In this document: piece by piece, positions 53,187 through 62,117 of the stretch
Layout of the letters: each line of letters starts with the position of its first letter
Position numbering within the stretch: position 1 is the first letter of the stretch
The notes under the pieces: model-generated
What the model saw: only the letters and a program-made list of their open reading frames with translations
Databases searched by the model: none
What the model was told of the DNA's origin: nothing
Translations under genes and position numbers: made by a program
Source: an uncultured Lentisphaerota bacterium
Lineage (GTDB): Bacteria; Verrucomicrobiota; Kiritimatiellia; RFP12; UBA1067
DNA: 64,000 nucleotides
Assembly: GCA_900320225.1 (NCBI GenBank)
Contig: ONRL01000015.1
Coordinates: 24,383-88,382, forward strand
Reading direction: 5' to 3'

Positions 53187-53735
53187 ATGGCGATATGCAT
53201 CAATAAATTAAAATCCTCTCAGGTCCTTGACGACTGTCAAAGGTCGTTGGATTTGTTGGAGAATGTGCCGGATGGGGACAAGCAGTTGTTCCGCATCTAC
53301 TGGACATTCTGCTTGGTAGCGTTACGCAGTGTTGAAGATGCCTTGATAAAAAATGATGCAAAGAGGTATCCAGAAATGATGGCGCCGTTAAAAGAGAGGC
53401 ACAATCAGCTTATGGCGCTTAAAACAAAATACCCGGACAATATAAAGTACGAAGAGTGCGATAGTGACGATTATTTAATCTACCACCGTCTTATACGCGG
53501 TGAGCGTAATTCTGCGGTCCATGAAGCGGCTCAAGCTTATGTAGATGGTATGTGGTCTATGGTTGCTGATAAAGGCCTTGCCAATTGGGGTAATACTTAT
53601 CTGCCGATGTGGGATTTTGACAAATGGGGACTCGATGACTGTAGGGATTGGATGCAAAGAGGGATAGATTGGTGGAGAAAAGAGATAGAATCCATTGCGA
53701 CTAAAGCCATTGAAGCACAAGGGAAAGAAAAATGA
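53187..53735 (+). CDS. hypothetical protein, Trp-rich
   Basis: 182-aa ORF 55 nt downstream of the DUF2971 gene, same strand; no recognisable motifs. Confidence 0.4.
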   Translation: MAICINKLKSSQVLDDCQRSLDLLENVPDGDKQLFRIYWTFCLVALRSVEDALIKNDAKRYPEMMAPLKERHNQLMALKTKYPDNIKYEECDSDDYLIYHRLIRGERNSAVHEAAQAYVDGMWSMVADKGLANWGNTYLPMWDFDKWGLDDCRDWMQRGIDWWRKEIESIATKAIEAQGKEK

Positions 53736-54361
53736 TTTTCAGACTTGGAGAACTTTTTTGTGCCCCAGGAGGTTTGGCTTGGGGTGCCACGCATGCAAAC
53801 ATAGGTAATCCAGAATGGTGGATACAACATGCATGGGCGAATGATTATAGCGTGCGATATTGTTTGCATGGGCAATGCAACTTCCCAATGGAATATAAAT
53901 CGATAAATCGCGCATTGTGTTTGTGCGCTTGATTCGTATGGACGATTTTAAGCTGGTCAACACATCAGGGAGAGAGCGATGACCACGATAGAAGTAAATA
54001 CTATTAGGAATTATGCAGAGATGATACTTGGACATATTAAGGAGTCTAGGTGTAGGCACAAGAAAATATCGTGTAAGGCATTAAAGTTTTGGAGTGCGGC
54101 CATATACAACTTTGCCGAACAGAGTAGACGCTTTGAGAATCATCTTCCTATTGGACGTGAGGGGATAGAATTTATTTCGGAGCATTAATGATGAGTAACG
54201 GCTTGCATAACGGCGATAAAACTCAGGACGATTCTCTTGTTCTTCTGGATGAGGAATGGCCTTGTTACAGTGTGAAGTCTATCTTCAATGCGGTCATGGC
54301 GGTTTGGCTTGCGGAGCCGAGATGTTCCTTTGTTCTTCATCAGTGAATCGGAGGCACTTGG

Positions 54362-56485
54362 ATGATCAATAAGGCAGATTTCTCGGTATGGCTGTCAAGT
54401 GGCAACAAAGAGAACAGCGGCAAAGCCCGCAGTTATTTGACTGCGCTTAACGACATAGATCAAATCCTTCATTCACTCGTCAAGGAGTTTGACTCGCCAA
54501 GTGTTTTTGAGTTGCCAAAGCATTCGCTTGAGACACTTCGCGAATTCTTCATAAAGGAATCAAAGAATTCAGCATCGGTAATATTGGGGATGCAGGGACT
54601 TCATGGTAGTTCGTATCTCAAAAATCGCTTTTACTCCGCAAGTGTCAGCAAGCTGTTGGACTATCTATTAGAGAAGCAGGGAACAGAATCGATTCGTTTT
54701 TCTGGATTTCCAGATCACCTCTCCATTGCGCTGAGGGTCTTTGCCGAAAAGCGGTATGCGGCAGAATGGCAGGACAAGACGAGCAAGGATGGCTATCAGA
54801 ATATCTACGACATGGCAGCGATGACGCCGGAGCAGATTGCCGCAGGGTCGCTTGACGATTTCTACAATGATTTCCTGTTGAAGATCTGGGCGTTCAAGAA
54901 TGGCGGCAGTCGGCGATATGGACAGCTTGACGAGGCAGGTAGAAAAGCCTATCGGCAGTTCGTTGTTGATTTGAAGACGCAGCTCAAGAGCTTTGACTCC
55001 TACTTCCCGCCCAATACGCAATGTCCCGATGGCATGGGCGTGGGCGTGCTTACGGAGTTGATGATGCGCTTCTGGCCGAATTCGTGTTGCAACTACAACG
55101 CAAGTCTCATCCACGAGGCACTTGTTACGTTACACATGGCGGAAGGGGACTTCGTCTGGCCGAAAACGCCGTCCGTCTATCAGGATTTCATGGGCAAGTG
55201 TGCGACTATCCTGCTCAAGATGGAGCAGATGAAACTGCCGCGCCGTTCCGATCCCGGCAATGACGAGCCGCCGGACTACATCACCGTGAACGAGTTTCTG
55301 TGGTTCGTCCGCGAGTACAAGGATTTAATTCAGGAGGAAGTCATGAGCAAGAAGATGAAAACCGATGCGCCTACGAAGTATGACGAAGGCAAGCGCAAAA
55401 CACTCGCGTTCGATCCTAATTCAAAGGATGACGAACTTCTTCTGCGTCTGCTTGCCGCGCTTCGCGCCAAGCCGTTCGCCATCCTCGCCGGACACTCCGG
55501 CACTGGCAAGAGCCGCTATGTGAAGAAGCTTGCGTACATGACCTGCAACATGGACGAGCTGCGTAACGAAAAGCAGCTGCCGGGCAACTATCTTCTCCTT
55601 CAGGTCAAGCCCAACTGGCACGATTCCACCGAACTGCTTGGTTTCCGCAACGCGATGGACGGCGACCGCTACCAGAAGACCAAGCTTATCGAATTCCTTT
55701 TCCGTGCCTATCAGTTCAAGGACACGCCATTCTTCCTCTGCCTTGACGAGATGAACCTTGCGCCGGTTGAACAGTATTTTGCCGAGTTTTTGAGTTCGAT
55801 GGAGTCTGCGGAACCTGTTCCGCTTAATGACATCACCGTGAAGGACGACAATCTTTTCGATCTTGGTTGCGAATGGAAAGCCGCTTACGATTACTTGGCG
55901 GCGAACGGCTTCTCCATCCCGAAGAATCTGTTCATCGTCGGTACAGTCAACATGGACGAGACGACCAACCAGTTCTCGCGCAAGGTTCTTGACCGTGCCT
56001 TCACGATAGAGATGACGGATGTCGACTTTAAGAACTACGGACATGTCACCCAGCCGAGTTATGCCGACACCATCGAGGAAGAAAAGATACAGGCGCTTCT
56101 CAATGGGGAGAAGTTCGTGGATAAGCTTGATGCCGAGGATGTAGCTGAGGGCGCGCCTCTTGTCAAGGTACAGAAAGCCCTGGAGCCAACTGCGTTTGCG
56201 GTCGCATATCGCTTCGCAAACGAATACACGCTTCTGAAAAGGGCGATTGCGTGTTTCGACAAGGACAGTACGATGAAGCTGGACGCGCTTGACCAGGCCG
56301 TTCTAATGAAGATCCTGCCGCGTGTTGCGGGCGAAAAGGATTACATTGAGAAGGTCTATGGCAAGAACGATAACGAGGGTCTTCGGAAAGCGCTTGAGGG
56401 GAAGTCTGTCTCGCTTAAGAAAATTGCCGAGATCATGAAACGCGCCAATGACATGAACGCCCAGTACATCACGTTCTGGCCATGA
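54362..56485 (+). CDS. mcrB: McrB-like AAA+ GTPase subunit (type IV methyl-dependent restriction), with long N-terminal domain
   Basis: FAILAGHSGTGKSRYV (Walker A), FFLCLDEMNLAPVEQYFAEF (McrB-type Walker B), NLFIVGTVNMDETT (sensor). Confidence 0.7.
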   Translation: MINKADFSVWLSSGNKENSGKARSYLTALNDIDQILHSLVKEFDSPSVFELPKHSLETLREFFIKESKNSASVILGMQGLHGSSYLKNRFYSASVSKLLDYLLEKQGTESIRFSGFPDHLSIALRVFAEKRYAAEWQDKTSKDGYQNIYDMAAMTPEQIAAGSLDDFYNDFLLKIWAFKNGGSRRYGQLDEAGRKAYRQFVVDLKTQLKSFDSYFPPNTQCPDGMGVGVLTELMMRFWPNSCCNYNASLIHEALVTLHMAEGDFVWPKTPSVYQDFMGKCATILLKMEQMKLPRRSDPGNDEPPDYITVNEFLWFVREYKDLIQEEVMSKKMKTDAPTKYDEGKRKTLAFDPNSKDDELLLRLLAALRAKPFAILAGHSGTGKSRYVKKLAYMTCNMDELRNEKQLPGNYLLLQVKPNWHDSTELLGFRNAMDGDRYQKTKLIEFLFRAYQFKDTPFFLCLDEMNLAPVEQYFAEFLSSMESAEPVPLNDITVKDDNLFDLGCEWKAAYDYLAANGFSIPKNLFIVGTVNMDETTNQFSRKVLDRAFTIEMTDVDFKNYGHVTQPSYADTIEEEKIQALLNGEKFVDKLDAEDVAEGAPLVKVQKALEPTAFAVAYRFANEYTLLKRAIACFDKDSTMKLDALDQAVLMKILPRVAGEKDYIEKVYGKNDNEGLRKALEGKSVSLKKIAEIMKRANDMNAQYITFWP

Positions 56486-56504
56486 TCGGAGACTTCCTGC
56501 GGTA

Positions 56505-58589
56505 ATGTCTGAAACTGTCTACACATATACGCATGGCGATGTCTTTACGCTGAAGGTGATGGGCCGAAACGCCGGCCGATACGAGGCGTACTGCAAGCGC
56601 ATCGGCGTGGAAGAAGGCTCTGACGAGAGCCGTGTGGACATATCTTCTCCCAACGGAGTGGAGCAGATGGAGCCGCCCTTCTTCGAGACACGCTATTTCT
56701 TGCGGTGTGACTTCAAAGATGCGTCTATCCGCGACGCAGTGTTCTTCCATAAGATGGCCAGCGTTTCGGAGGCGTTCGACTTTGACGGCAAAACGCTCGT
56801 GGGTGTACTTGATTTCGTGAACGCTCCGGGCAAGTTCCACTTTGAGATAGTCTGGTATCGCGGCGGCGTTCGCGAATCGGCGGCATTTGACTGGATAGTT
56901 GTGTCTGAGAAGCTTAACGTCCAAAGTGATTACAAAGAAATCGTCACGACTATCGAGGAGAATGCGCCTGGGTTGGTGCGGGCGTTTCTTGCGAAGTCAA
57001 AGGGCGCGGCGGGGCTTATCCGTCGCGACGACACCAATGACGCAATTTGGGCGGATATTTTCAACGAGATCGGCGACCGTTATCAGAGAGCGTGCGAGTG
57101 GATCGTGAACAGGCCGCACCTCAAGTACATTTCGGAAGTCGAGTATCGGCGAGCAGGACTGGTCAAGCGATGGACGCCGGGCTTGGTCAACAGTTATGCG
57201 ACCATGGGCAAGGGGCGGCGAGCGGTTGCTCTTTTCAGGACGGAACACATATCGCCGCAGGTTGATACGGTAGAGAATAGGTTCGTCAAGTTCACCTTGC
57301 GGAGTGTCGTTGCAAGGTTGGAAAAATTCGCGTCTGTCTGTGAGGGGCACAAGACGGTCAGCGAGGTGTTCGTAAAGGACCTGCGGGCGCGGGCGGCGAG
57401 ACTTGCCAAGACGATGCGCAATCCTTTTTTCGTCGGCGTGGGACATTTCACGGGTTTGCGTCAAGAGAGCATGGTTCTGCAGCGGCGGCAGGGATATGCG
57501 GACATCTATGCGACATGGTTGATGCTCAAGCATACTCTCGATACAACGCAAACGGGTCTGGCAGTTGGACACAGGCCGATCAGCGCGCTCTACGAGTTCT
57601 GGTGTTTTCTGCGCATGGCAGATTTGCTGGAGAAGGACTTCGGATTTGGACGCCCGGAAGGTATGATAGACGGGGCTAAGGTCTATGACGACCTCTTCGA
57701 AGAACCGGACCCTGACAAGATTGACACCACGACGCTCTCTGCACTGACGTACAAGTTTCCCGAAAAAGATGGGGTTTCCATTAAACTACTGTATCAGCAG
57801 AACTACGGCAAGGAGACTGTCGATGGAGATTTGGCTTACTATAATCCGCAACGGCCTGACATTGTGCTAGTGATTGAACGCGGGAAGGATGTGTTCACTT
57901 ATCTGTTCGACGCCAAATACCGCATTGATGAGCGTGGTGGGAAGGATGCTTCCCCAGCTGAGCCGATCAACGACATGCATCGTTACAGAGATGCGATTTT
58001 GTATCGTTCACAAGAGGATGACCGTAAGTTGTCTCGGCAGATCGTTGGCGCGTATGTGCTCTATCCCGGCCGGCCTCTGCCACAGAGCTACAACTACGCG
58101 GAACTGATCAAAAACGAGAACATCGGCGCCATCCCTCTTCTGCCAGGCGAGGATGGCGGGAGCGCACTAAAGTCATTCATTGGCGAAATTCTCAGTAAGA
58201 AGACCCCGGAATCGCACCTTTCCGCCGACATCCCGACTCGCGGCACCACGGTGGTCGTCGGGAAGGACGAGGGCGTATTTCTTGAAAATGAAGTCGTGTA
58301 CGGGACATACGCGGCAGGGCAGCTTGATTGGATTCTTGAGAAGCACATGTACAATCTGCCGGTGGAAGAGTCTGAGAAGTTTGGCATCGTGGATATGGCG
58401 ACGGCCGAGCAGAAGAAAATTCTTTATCTTGTTGCTTTTCGTGGAACCGGTAGTCACCGTGTTTTCAGGCTTCTGCCCGGTGTGCGTAAAGTGACGCCGA
58501 ATGACTTGTGGAAAATGGGATATCCTAGGCAATGTCGCTATGACGAATACTGGTTGTTTAAGTTAGGCGAAGAACTAGGGCTAAGGTAG
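56505..58589 (+). CDS. mcrC: McrC-like partner nuclease (PD-(D/E)xK), enlarged 694-aa variant
   Basis: PD-(D/E)xK core RPDIVLVIE...LFDAKYR near C-terminus; 20-nt gap after McrB-like gene. Confidence 0.6.
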   Translation: MSETVYTYTHGDVFTLKVMGRNAGRYEAYCKRIGVEEGSDESRVDISSPNGVEQMEPPFFETRYFLRCDFKDASIRDAVFFHKMASVSEAFDFDGKTLVGVLDFVNAPGKFHFEIVWYRGGVRESAAFDWIVVSEKLNVQSDYKEIVTTIEENAPGLVRAFLAKSKGAAGLIRRDDTNDAIWADIFNEIGDRYQRACEWIVNRPHLKYISEVEYRRAGLVKRWTPGLVNSYATMGKGRRAVALFRTEHISPQVDTVENRFVKFTLRSVVARLEKFASVCEGHKTVSEVFVKDLRARAARLAKTMRNPFFVGVGHFTGLRQESMVLQRRQGYADIYATWLMLKHTLDTTQTGLAVGHRPISALYEFWCFLRMADLLEKDFGFGRPEGMIDGAKVYDDLFEEPDPDKIDTTTLSALTYKFPEKDGVSIKLLYQQNYGKETVDGDLAYYNPQRPDIVLVIERGKDVFTYLFDAKYRIDERGGKDASPAEPINDMHRYRDAILYRSQEDDRKLSRQIVGAYVLYPGRPLPQSYNYAELIKNENIGAIPLLPGEDGGSALKSFIGEILSKKTPESHLSADIPTRGTTVVVGKDEGVFLENEVVYGTYAAGQLDWILEKHMYNLPVEESEKFGIVDMATAEQKKILYLVAFRGTGSHRVFRLLPGVRKVTPNDLWKMGYPRQCRYDEYWLFKLGEELGLR

Positions 58590-58606
58590 TGGGAGATTGA
58601 GGCGCC

Positions 58607-58684
58607 ATGGGACTCGTCAAGACCAGAAGACTTGTGGCAATGCGGAAGCAGTTACGCCCCCTGTCAGGGTTGCAGCAAGAATGA
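58607..58684 (+). CDS. small ORF (25 aa, MGLVKTRRLVAMRKQLRPLSGLQQE), paralog of 61961-62104
   Basis: GGGAG RBS; first 15 residues conserved with the second copy despite synonymous DNA divergence. Confidence 0.35.
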   Translation: MGLVKTRRLVAMRKQLRPLSGLQQE

Positions 58685-58731
58685 GTATTTTCGTGGCAAA
58701 GAAGTAACATCTAACCTAACCCGGAGGCCTT

Positions 58732-60630
58732 ATGAAAATCATTTATACATACATTGCAGATTTCCCGCCTTTCAAGAATGCGGAAATGAATTTCGTATCA
58801 GATTATAGATGTAATTTCAATGGTGAGAAGTTAAGAATAAAACATTCGAAAGTCTTGCCCAAAGGGTTCTTTTCGCATGATGACCGATTGTGTGTGTCCG
58901 CAGTAGTGGGCCCAAATGGAGCGGGAAAGACTTCTCTCATCCGTTTCTTGAGATCACTCATGTATCCTGTGCAAAAGCAAGAATTCGTTCTTGTTTTGGA
59001 GGCAAAAGGAGATATAATTGTTTACTATAACTTAAACGGCGGAAGAATCCAAGTTGAGGGAGAGGGATGTAAAGTAAAATCCGTCAATAATCGTTACGAG
59101 AATACTGAATTTATGCAGGATGCCATTTCGACTTGCTTCAATGTTGTGTACTATTCGCCGCACTATTCGTTGTCTGTACCTTTCCGATTTACAAATGACG
59201 ATTTTGTAAACCTCTCTACGACATATCTTTTGAACAATACTATGGATGGTTCTTCTAGTCAGGCCAGATGTGTCAGTTCGTCAATCTTTATTGCAGAAGA
59301 ATTTTATCGTCTTGTCCGTTTCTATGAAGCATGTAAAGATATGTCTAATGTCGTTGAGCAAGTTCCGAAGGGTGTCGCATTCGTACCAGACACTCAAACA
59401 TTGGAATTTATTTTTCAATATTATTCTGAACTGCTTAATAAGGAGAAAGTTCGTATCAAGGAGATTCGTAAAGGTATTGTTGTTGGTGAAAGGGAACTTA
59501 CTAATAATGAAATGCAGCGTATAGAGACGATGCTGTCTTTTCTTGGATTTGATTTTGACGATGCCTTTATGTGTGTGTTCCAGTGTTTTGTGGCGATTAT
59601 TTGGCAAAGGAAGATATTCAATGATAAGTTTCTTAATGGAAAGGAATACGGATGTCTTTTGCTTGATTTTTGTGCGTCATTAATTGATTCAGACAATATG
59701 GACAAAAGAACCATTCGTAGTAAAGTCATTAACTTTTTGAAATTGAACAAGCCAGAACAAATTGGGAAGCTAGAATATTTGAATGAGGATGCAAGTAGTA
59801 TTAAGGAAGAAAATCCTTTATTCGCATTTTTTAAAATCCTTAGTGACTTAACATCTCACAGGGGTGGCGAAGGAGAAGTTTACCTGCAAATGCCGTGGAA
59901 CAAATTAATGAAGAACCTAGAGTTTGTAAAAGAACTGTATGGGTGCACGACTGCGATCGGGGCATTTGTTGAGTGGCGTTTTGATCCACCAATGTCATCT
60001 GGTCAATATACTTTGTATTCTTTCTATGCTCGCCTATACGAGTATTTCGTTAATATTAGAGACTGTGTTGCTGGGTACGACGGAAGTGACTTCTCGCATG
60101 AATGGGCTTTTCACATGGAGTCTGGCTGGATTGTGATACTGGATGAAGTAGAGGTGACTCTACACCCAGAATGGCAACGGACGATAGTATCGAATGTTTT
60201 GCATGTGTTTAAGGAATTCTTTAAGGGGTTTAATGTACACCTAATCTTTGCAACGCATTCGCCGATATTGCTGTCGGATGTGCCGGCTGGCAATGTGGTA
60301 TTACTTGATAAAGGCAGGGTGATTAACGGACAAACTAAAGACGGAGAGGAATTCAAGCCTTTCGGCTTTGGTGCGAACATTTATGACTTGTATCGCCATT
60401 CGTTCTTTCTAAAGAATGGCGCCGTAGGGTTATTCGCGCGAAAGAAGATAGATGATGTGGTAAGAAAAATATGCGAGTTACTTGAACCATCGAAGAAGAG
60501 CAAAAAGGAACCCGAAGATAAGTTTAATTATGATGAAGCGAACAAGATTTCCAATTTGGTTGCAGATCCTATTGTCAGGAAATATCTCAAGTCTGTAATA
60601 CCATTAGCGAAGGAACGGGCAAATGCGTAA
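58732..60630 (+). CDS. ABC/SMC-like AAA ATPase (AAA_15/AAA_21 type), Septu PtuA-like
   Basis: Walker A VVGPNGAGKTSL, Walker B/D-loop IVILDEVEVTLHPEWQ, H-loop ATHSP; low GC. Confidence 0.6.
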   Translation: MKIIYTYIADFPPFKNAEMNFVSDYRCNFNGEKLRIKHSKVLPKGFFSHDDRLCVSAVVGPNGAGKTSLIRFLRSLMYPVQKQEFVLVLEAKGDIIVYYNLNGGRIQVEGEGCKVKSVNNRYENTEFMQDAISTCFNVVYYSPHYSLSVPFRFTNDDFVNLSTTYLLNNTMDGSSSQARCVSSSIFIAEEFYRLVRFYEACKDMSNVVEQVPKGVAFVPDTQTLEFIFQYYSELLNKEKVRIKEIRKGIVVGERELTNNEMQRIETMLSFLGFDFDDAFMCVFQCFVAIIWQRKIFNDKFLNGKEYGCLLLDFCASLIDSDNMDKRTIRSKVINFLKLNKPEQIGKLEYLNEDASSIKEENPLFAFFKILSDLTSHRGGEGEVYLQMPWNKLMKNLEFVKELYGCTTAIGAFVEWRFDPPMSSGQYTLYSFYARLYEYFVNIRDCVAGYDGSDFSHEWAFHMESGWIVILDEVEVTLHPEWQRTIVSNVLHVFKEFFKGFNVHLIFATHSPILLSDVPAGNVVLLDKGRVINGQTKDGEEFKPFGFGANIYDLYRHSFFLKNGAVGLFARKKIDDVVRKICELLEPSKKSKKEPEDKFNYDEANKISNLVADPIVRKYLKSVIPLAKERANA

Positions 60631-61786
60631 ACTCGTGATAAATGATGACGATCTAGAGCTGCATAAGGACACCTATTCAACCCCAATCGAGGATATCCTT
60701 GGTTTGCTTGCCAAAGGGGATACTGTGAAGAAAGTTGGGAAAGCGGAAGACGGGAAACTGACAGACATCGATTGGCTATCGGCCAAAACCCCGGAGGAAC
60801 AAGATTTCTATAAAGGAATTCTTGAAAAGTACCAGGAAAAGAACTTTCTTACGACGGAGTTGGACGGCCTAGTTAAATTATGCAAAGAGTTTGACAAGCT
60901 GTACGAACCTTTTCAGAAGGAAAAGCTCGTAGAAATCAAAAATAATTTAAAGGAGATATTTAACTATGAAAAATTTGGAGCAGGACAAAAGCTGGTGGTA
61001 AAAACGATAAATAATGTTCAGTGTTATTCATGGACCAATTGCACCGAATCTTGGAGTGCTTGGCATTTTATCAAACACCTGAATGTCAGAACGTGTTGTT
61101 ATTGTAACGCCGAAACTATTTTCGCATTGTTGCTAAACCAGCCATGTCCTGGAGTTGAAGAAAAACGTTCAAATAGTAAGGCGAAGAAAGAAGATTACAA
61201 GAGGTCTGCTCTTGACCATTATATTGGTCATTCAGAGTATCCGGCTTTTGGATTGTCATTGTATAACCTTGTGCCAGCTTGCACTAGATGCAACACGAAT
61301 ATTCGAGGTGCAAAAGTCTTGGATTATCAAAGCAATATTCATCCATACGAAGAGTCCTTTGATGATTTCTTCAGGTTTAAATACTTCGTGAAGAAGACAG
61401 GCGTGGATTTCCAAGCGTTAACCGAAGACGATATAGGTCTAATTGTTTCGCAACTTGATAAGGACGGTCACATTATAAACATAGATAAAAGAGGAATGAA
61501 CACAGCGAAGTTCTTTCATTTGAAAGAAGTGTATAATCAACTCCATCGTAGCGAAGCAATTGACACGATTCGAAGATATACATTGATTCCAGAAGCACGG
61601 CGAAAAGAACTTGAACAACACTATCCAAATATTGGGCGGGTTGTCCTAGAGCGAATGCTTTGGGGAGTGGATTGTGATCGTAATAATATCAATCAATACC
61701 GCCTAGGTAAGTTGACGCTTGATTTGTTGGAACAGTTGGGTGCGACTTCGCAAGACGAACTTGATCGGATTTGGCAAAAATGGTGA
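60623..61786 (+). CDS. HNH endonuclease domain protein, Septu PtuB-like partner
   Basis: RTCCYCN...DHYIGHSEYP...YNLVPACTRCN (HNH/His-Me finger with two Cys pairs); 8-nt overlap with the ATPase gene. Confidence 0.55.
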   Translation: MRKLVINDDDLELHKDTYSTPIEDILGLLAKGDTVKKVGKAEDGKLTDIDWLSAKTPEEQDFYKGILEKYQEKNFLTTELDGLVKLCKEFDKLYEPFQKEKLVEIKNNLKEIFNYEKFGAGQKLVVKTINNVQCYSWTNCTESWSAWHFIKHLNVRTCCYCNAETIFALLLNQPCPGVEEKRSNSKAKKEDYKRSALDHYIGHSEYPAFGLSLYNLVPACTRCNTNIRGAKVLDYQSNIHPYEESFDDFFRFKYFVKKTGVDFQALTEDDIGLIVSQLDKDGHIINIDKRGMNTAKFFHLKEVYNQLHRSEAIDTIRRYTLIPEARRKELEQHYPNIGRVVLERMLWGVDCDRNNINQYRLGKLTLDLLEQLGATSQDELDRIWQKW

Positions 61787-61960
61787 GCTAACAGGTACGA
61801 GTCGCAAGCCCCATTGGTGGAGGAGCCCGCGAGGGGTGATCTCATTGGTGAGTAGGAGTGGTGGATTAGTCATGGCCATGCAACAGAAAGGCAACGAGAG
61901 ACGCAGAGGTAGCCCTCGTTGATATGGTAACACTGACACAGTAACGCGAGAGGTGAGATC

Positions 61961-62104
61961 ATGGGACTCGTGAAAACAAGAAGGCTGGCGGCGATGCAGA
62001 AGCAGCAGCGCGCGAAGGCGGGGATGAAGCCGCCGGCACCAAAACCTACGCGAATGAATGGTTGCAGGAACGCAACGAATTTCGAGTCAATGAAACGCGG
62101 TTAG
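61961..62104 (+). CDS. small ORF (47 aa, MGLVKTRRLAAMQKQQRAKAGMKPPAPKPTRMNGCRNATNFESMKRG), paralog of 58607-58684
   Basis: GAGAGGTGAG RBS; sits 13 nt upstream of the DUF262-HNH gene. Confidence 0.35.
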   Translation: MGLVKTRRLAAMQKQQRAKAGMKPPAPKPTRMNGCRNATNFESMKRG

Positions 62105-62117
62105 AAGGAGCAATGGC

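Noticed and set aside
54188-54346. 52-aa ORF MMSNGLHNGDKTQDDS... upstream of the McrB-like gene
   Set aside because: No RBS and no similarity to the two MGLVKTRRL small ORFs; likely non-coding 5' UTR.
61155-61391. Overlapping ORFs inside the HNH gene region (61155-61391 +, 61439-61621 -)
   Set aside because: Low-GC island sequence produces AT-rich random ORFs; the HNH frame carries the motifs.
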